From: an uncultured Planctomycetia bacterium
GTDB lineage: Bacteria; Omnitrophota; Gorgyraeia; JABMRG01; JAFGKX01
Direction: 5' to 3'
NCBI GenBank assembly: GCA_964570585.1
Contig: CAZMYR010000001.1
Coordinates: forward strand, 17,441 to 81,440
DNA: 64,000 nt
Shown one piece after another: positions 49,101 through 55,100 of the stretch. The first letter of the stretch is position 1; each line of letters opens with the position of its first letter. The notes under the pieces are model-generated. The model searched no databases. It was not told where the DNA came from and saw nothing but the letters and a program-made list of their open reading frames with translations. Made by a program: the position numbers and the translations under genes.

Positions 49101-52100
49101 CAATCAATAACGATTTCAGCTGGCGTCTGTTCGCTTACCTGTGGCGCGTGTATGATATTATCTATTGCCCTTGAAGCCAAAAGTGTGCAATAATCGAGCA
49201 ACTGTTTTGGCGCTTCTGCCACATTAATCTCTGCTTTTGTATAAGCAACACCTTCATGCTGGCTCTGCGCTACAACCGCAGCAGGCGCTGAAGCAAGCAT
49301 AGAAACACCCATAGCAGGCATAAGAATTGCGTTTAGCGCTTTTGTTACTTTCTCGGGGTCTCTGGCTAAGTGGCTTAATCTGCTAAACCCTACTTTGGCT
49401 ATGTTAAGTTCGACCAGGGCATCTGTAATTGCTTTTCTGAAAGCAGGTTTCTGTTCATCAGGTAGTATTTCGGAAGGGATCTTGAAAATCATGAGGTCGA
49501 TTTCCGGCTGGGAGAAGAATCCTCCGTCTTTCGGCGGAGAATGGGCCTGCATCTGTTCTAAAAATTCCTGCATAAGCCTGTGTTTGCCGGCAGCCTCTGC
49601 CAAAACATTAAATGACAGCTGCAATGGGTTTTGCGTTCCCGTTACATTATCTTTAAAATTTTTGACAGCATTGCGTATAGATTCGGAAACATCTCCAAGA
49701 CCTGAAGCTGATAAATTGCGTATAGACCCGTTAAATGTCCATGCCTGGCTTTTGGCAAGATGGGAATAGTCTAATCTCTTTTCCATTCTTTTTGTTATAA
49801 TCGCCTCTGTGCGAAATCCCAACCAGGTTGCTATCCCAAGAAGCGACAAAGCGGTTATGCCTTTTATTATAAATAAAACTGTGCCTGAAATTGCCAACGG
49901 TACTGCCCAGCCGCCAACAAATAAAAGCACTATTCCCAAAATTGCTCCGGCGGCTATCATGACCGCCCTGGCATTAAGTGCAGCCGCCCTGCCCACATAA
50001 GCTAACCTGCTTATTCTTTTAGCCTCTGTTTCACCTTTTATAATAGCCTCGTTTTCTGCAATTCTCTGAGAAAAACGCCACTGGGACATCATGAGTAAAA
50101 CACCTTGAATGGCAAAAAGGCCCATTATAGGATAGCCGATAATTGCTAAGATTCCACCCCCGGATATGCTGCCTGCTGCAATAGCCGCTGTGACGGAATT
50201 AATTACAAAGGCGCCGAAAAGTGCTGTTAAACCAAGCCCCAGGAAGCCTATTAAGATACCAGCACCAAATCCTGCTATAATCATCCATCGGTTTTTAGCA
50301 ATAGAATCATTACTGTATGCGAAAATCCTATATGCAAGAATGCCTCCCAATGCAACTGCTGAAAGTCCTGGCACAAAGAGCATAAGAGCTGATGCCTCTA
50401 CTGCTGCAACCAGTAAAGCAGAAACCCCGAGGGTAGTTAAAAACCCTCCGATAAACGCTCTAAAAAACCTCTTTGGCGTGCTCATAGGTAATCTGGGCGC
50501 CTGTGAAAGGTCTTTACGCGCAGTGCCCAGCAATGCTAAGGAAGATATAAGCCCTATAATGCCCAATACAGCTGATGCAAGAAAGAAAATTGCACCAACC
50601 GTAGGGGCGGTAAATGGCGCGGTTCCTACAAGCGAAAGCAGCGCCATAGCACCGACAAAAGGAGAAAATGTGGCCATTATTGTAAGTGTCTTTCTCCAGG
50701 TGGATAAACCAGCAGCCTCAAGTGCATCTTTCCATGTTGTCTGCTCGCCAAGGGCAATAGCATTTGCCATCTTTGCAGCAGCTGTATCTGTTTGTGAGAG
50801 CCTTTTAATTTGAGAATTTAGTGCCCATGTTATCATAATGGCCACAACCCCAATAACAACAAGCCCTACAGGCCCGGCAGCAAGTAAAACCGACAGGAGA
50901 TTGCCTATTACCGGCAGGCCTAAAGCTGTACCAACCCCTCCGACTGTAAGCGCTTTAAACACCCATCCTAAGAAAAACGCAAGGCCAATGTTAGCGGCAA
51001 TGGCAAAGGCGGCAGGGAGTATTTTTAAGGATGAACGCTTGAATCTGTCACCTAAGGAAATCTTTCTTTTTTTAGCCAGCTCTTTGGCTGCTTCTATTTG
51101 TTGCTGTTCTGGGGGGATTACGCCGGCAAGATGATGGGCAAGGGCTGTGACCTCTTTCCCCATCTTTTCCTCTCTTTGCCTTTCCATGGTTTTGTACGAT
51201 AGTGCTGTCAGGCGTTTTATTTCTCCATATATCTGCTGCGGATTGAGAAAGGTCCTTTCATATCCAGGGCGTGAAGACGCCTGCTGAAGTCTGTGTTTGC
51301 TTCTTCCTGCTTCATCAGTAAACTTCATCCACCCTTCGTGAATTATCTCCAGTGCCTTAGATTTAAGGTGATCTGTAATAATATCATATATTAGTTCGCA
51401 CGCCTTCGGCGGAGTAGCATCTTTCTCTAATTGCAGCTCTGCCTTCAGAAGAGGGAGGATATCTTTCCCAAATTCCGTCTCCATAAAACGTAAGATATCT
51501 TCCCTTGAAAGCGTGGCTTTTTGGCTCCCACCTATAAAATTTGTAGCTGCCTTAACTATCCTCTGTGCAATGGCGTCCAGTATTTCCTTTTCAATGAGCG
51601 GTGCTATGCCATGGCGAACTATTTGAAGCCTGAATTTAATCTGCGGCATATTGAATTCTTTCCCTGTAAATTTGCCGAATTCGATTTCCTGGCGCCTCAT
51701 ATTTTGCTCATGGTCATTAATGGCCTCTCTCATCTGCTCAATAACTTTTAAGTTTTCTTTGGCTTCCTTAGATTTTTCAGAGTCAAGATTAAACTTAAGG
51801 TCATATACCTGCGCACCTTTTGTCTTTCTCTCAAAATATCCGAGTTCTTCCTGGATAATATTGCGGTATTTTATGAAAATGTCATCCTTCAGCGACCAGA
51901 CACCTATCCAAAAACCGATTTTACCGTTTCTTGCAACCCTGCCTCGGAACTGTATATCCTCTACGGTCAGAGGACAGTAGGTAGATATAGCAACCATTTT
52001 ATCGCCTTTAAAATCTACGCCTCTTCCACTTAAGTTTGTAGAAACAATTATGACATTCTTATATTTAGATAATTCCTCAACCATATCCTTCAGCTGATAA

Positions 52101-55100
52101 TAATTGCCAGATGTAAATTCCACAATTACCGTATTTATAGAACCATCCCGTGCCATTTCCTCTAAAATGGCTTTTATCTCCTCCGGGTTCTTATCCATTA
52201 AATCTTTTATGGAATCGCTTTTTACTATATTATCTAATACTTTCCTAATTATATCCTCAATTATAGTCTGCCTATTTGCGCTCTTATCTTCTAACCTTGC
52301 TAATATGTCACTTAACTCCGATGTCATGCTATCTACATCGGCTACCTCTATATGCCCTTGATTTGATAATTCACCTAAAATTTCACTCACTTTTTTTACT
52401 GCCTCTTCTACTGTCTGTGACCTTTCAACCTCTTCTGCTAAACGCCTCAAATATCCCTCCATATACTGATCTGTAACTTTACCATTTTGCCTTACGCGCC
52501 TGTAATTCCCCTGGCCAATTCGTGAGCGATGAAGAAGAGAATCCACATGATTACTTACGGTCCTGTCTGATTCGCAATTTAGCAGTATGGAACCTACTTC
52601 TTCAGGAACACCTTCAGTAATCATCTCAGCAGGCAACTTGTGGTTTATATGTAACCGCTCCACTAAACCAGTGGTCTTCTGTCCGGAAGTGCCTTTATCA
52701 GGACACATAAAACCATAATCTGTACGTTGAGGTTTTGGCTCTTCGCCCTTTCCTGCTTCTGCTTCGCCTTTTTCTACTCTTGCCATTCGAATAAGCTCCT
52801 TGGAAGATACAAAAGGCAACTTATAATCATCTGCTGTATCTTTCCCAACAGTAGCTGAAGCTAAAGATATTCCTGAAACAAGTCCCATTTCAGGGTTGAG
52901 AACCTCCGGCGTTGTCATCGAGGCAGAAGACATCCTTTCTTTTTCAATCTTTAAGTTAGCATTATTTAACCTGTTTTCCTTTATTCTTACAGCCGTATCA
53001 AGCCCAAAGCTCCATTGTCTTCCTTCCAGCTTTCGGCCGCTTGCGTCCTTATCAATAATATTCAGCTTCCCTCCGGATACATCATATTGCTCTTTCCTGT
53101 TTTGATAAAGATATGCACCGAGCGCCAATTCCATATATTCCTGCCACAAATGGGTATCGCCTATGCCAAAAAGTTTTCCCTTATTTGCTTTATATTCATC
53201 TATTGTATCCAGTATTTGTCCAAGCCACACCTCTCCTGTTCTTTTAAAGGTTACTAAGGAATCGCCTCTTTTACAAAGTTCTCTATTAACATAAAATTTT
53301 CCGTTTCTTTCGAATATGAGCCTGTGTTTCCAGATAAGTTCATCGGCAATTTGTTGCATCCTGAGCCTTTGTTCAGCAAGGTCTGCCAACCCCTGTAGTA
53401 TGCCTGTCCCTGATATAACGCAAGGGGTAAACACATGTTTCTTTAAGGGGTTATCACCTTCATCAAAATAGATAAAGTATGTCTGCCCTTCCCGCACCAA
53501 TGCCAGGTCTTCTTCCTTTCTGGACATAAAGACATCATCCTCGTACCTATGGATGAAGTTATATATATTAATATAAATTACATCAGCTTCTTCAAAAAGC
53601 TTTCTTTCCGTGGTATCCTGCCTGTTGCCTTGCGCATCCACAAAATAGGCCTTTCTGTCTCCTGTTCCTGCCTCTGAAATAACATATCCTGTCTTAGCGC
53701 CAAAATATGCATTAACCCTGCCCGCCTTTCTTCCGTCTCTTTCTATCAGGTTTTCTTCGGTATGAATAATAGCCACATCTCTCTTGCCAGGCCTTTTGCC
53801 TGTTTTCTCACGTTCCCATACATAAGGAAGGCTCTTTAGGAGTGATGTGCCATTAAACACGAATGTCTTTCCGGCGGATGTGGGCATCTCTACTGCGGCG
53901 CCGTTTCTCATAACTTTAGCAACCGCTGCCTGAATCTTCCATTTTTCACGATCCCATTCAATCTCGTGGGTTACCGCATCCTCAGTAAGGCCGCTGGCCA
54001 CTATTGCCTGCTCTATCAATTCTAACAACAGGTCTTTATCAAAATCTACACCTTGTGATTTTAATGACTTTAAAATAACACTAAACCTATCCTGAAATTC
54101 TTCTATCGTCATCCGCTCAAGTACAGGCCCCACTTTTGCAACCTTTTCGCCTTCTGGCACCGCTGGTTTCCTGTCGCTTTCTACCCTTGCTTTTTGCGAG
54201 GTCTCCTGCAGCTGTGCGCGCAGCTTCTTTATAGTATCTTGGGCTCTGGCAAGTTCTTCTTTCTGCCTTGCTTTTTCCCTTCGGGTTTTTTCTAATTCTT
54301 CTTGAACTTCCGCAAGTTTTCTTTCTGCTTCCTCAAGCCTCCCGGTAAGTTCATCAAGTCTCTCGCCGGGAAATAAGGCATCAAAAAGCGGCGTATTTAT
54401 TGATTTGGCAACATCAGGGTCTACTTTAGAAAGGTCTATATTGCTTTCACTGCCATAATATTTTTCTTTGTCGATGCGGTGAAGGCCTCTGAAGTTTCCT
54501 AAAGTAATAGGAACCCGGCCTGCCAGAACCCTGATTCTTCTGCTTAAGGTATCTGCGTTGTGCTTAAACATCCAGGGCCGGATAGGAAATTTTATGCCCT
54601 GTTTTCCGAGTTCTTTATTTAAGGCAACTATATTTTTAAGTTTCTCAATAAATAAAACGCGATTGCTTTTAAGGCTTTTGCGTATTTCCTCAGATTTAAC
54701 AAGCCGCTCTGTATCTTCAGCTGCAAATTCTTTATTTGCCCCGATGTCTTCTAATATTCCTTTCAGAGTCTTTCCGGCAGAGGAGGCTTTGACTTTGGCA
54801 CCAGGAGCCAGGGTCAGTCTCAGTTTCTTATCCTCCTTATCGATTCTGTCAAGCCCGGCCTCATCATTTGCATATAATCTTTTTAGCTTATCTAACTTAA
54901 CTGCATATATATCTTTACCCTCTTCCCATGCAGATGTAAGCTCTTCGAGTCTTCTCTTAAAAAGTTCTTCTTTCGCTTTTTCTATCTTACTTCTTACATC
55001 TTGATAGGCATCCGCCCCTTTAAGGCGTTCAAATTCTTTGGTAAGGTGGGCGGCAACCTGAAATTCAACGCTCGATTTCTCTGTCGGCTTAATCGGTCTC

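Noticed and set aside
50166-51134. Plus-strand ORFs 50166..50813 (215 aa) and 50838..51134 (98 aa), Ala/Pro/Thr-rich
   Set aside because: They are antisense shadows of the hydrophobic TM bundle of the 10,643-aa minus-strand gene. They have no RBS, a composition typical of reverse-complemented membrane segments, and they overlap a gene with far stronger coding evidence. The same applies to the other short plus-strand ORFs inside 1-57106 (for example 34437..34946, 1456..1905, 9096..9581) and to the minus-strand ORF 22812..23096 in an alternate frame of the 1900-aa gene.
53858-53890. The Walker-A sequence MPTSAGKT counted as another copy of the K-[AS]-S-S-[AS]-G linker motif
   Set aside because: It is the P-loop of the ATPase domain (GxxxxGKT context), not a linker; the similarity is coincidental.
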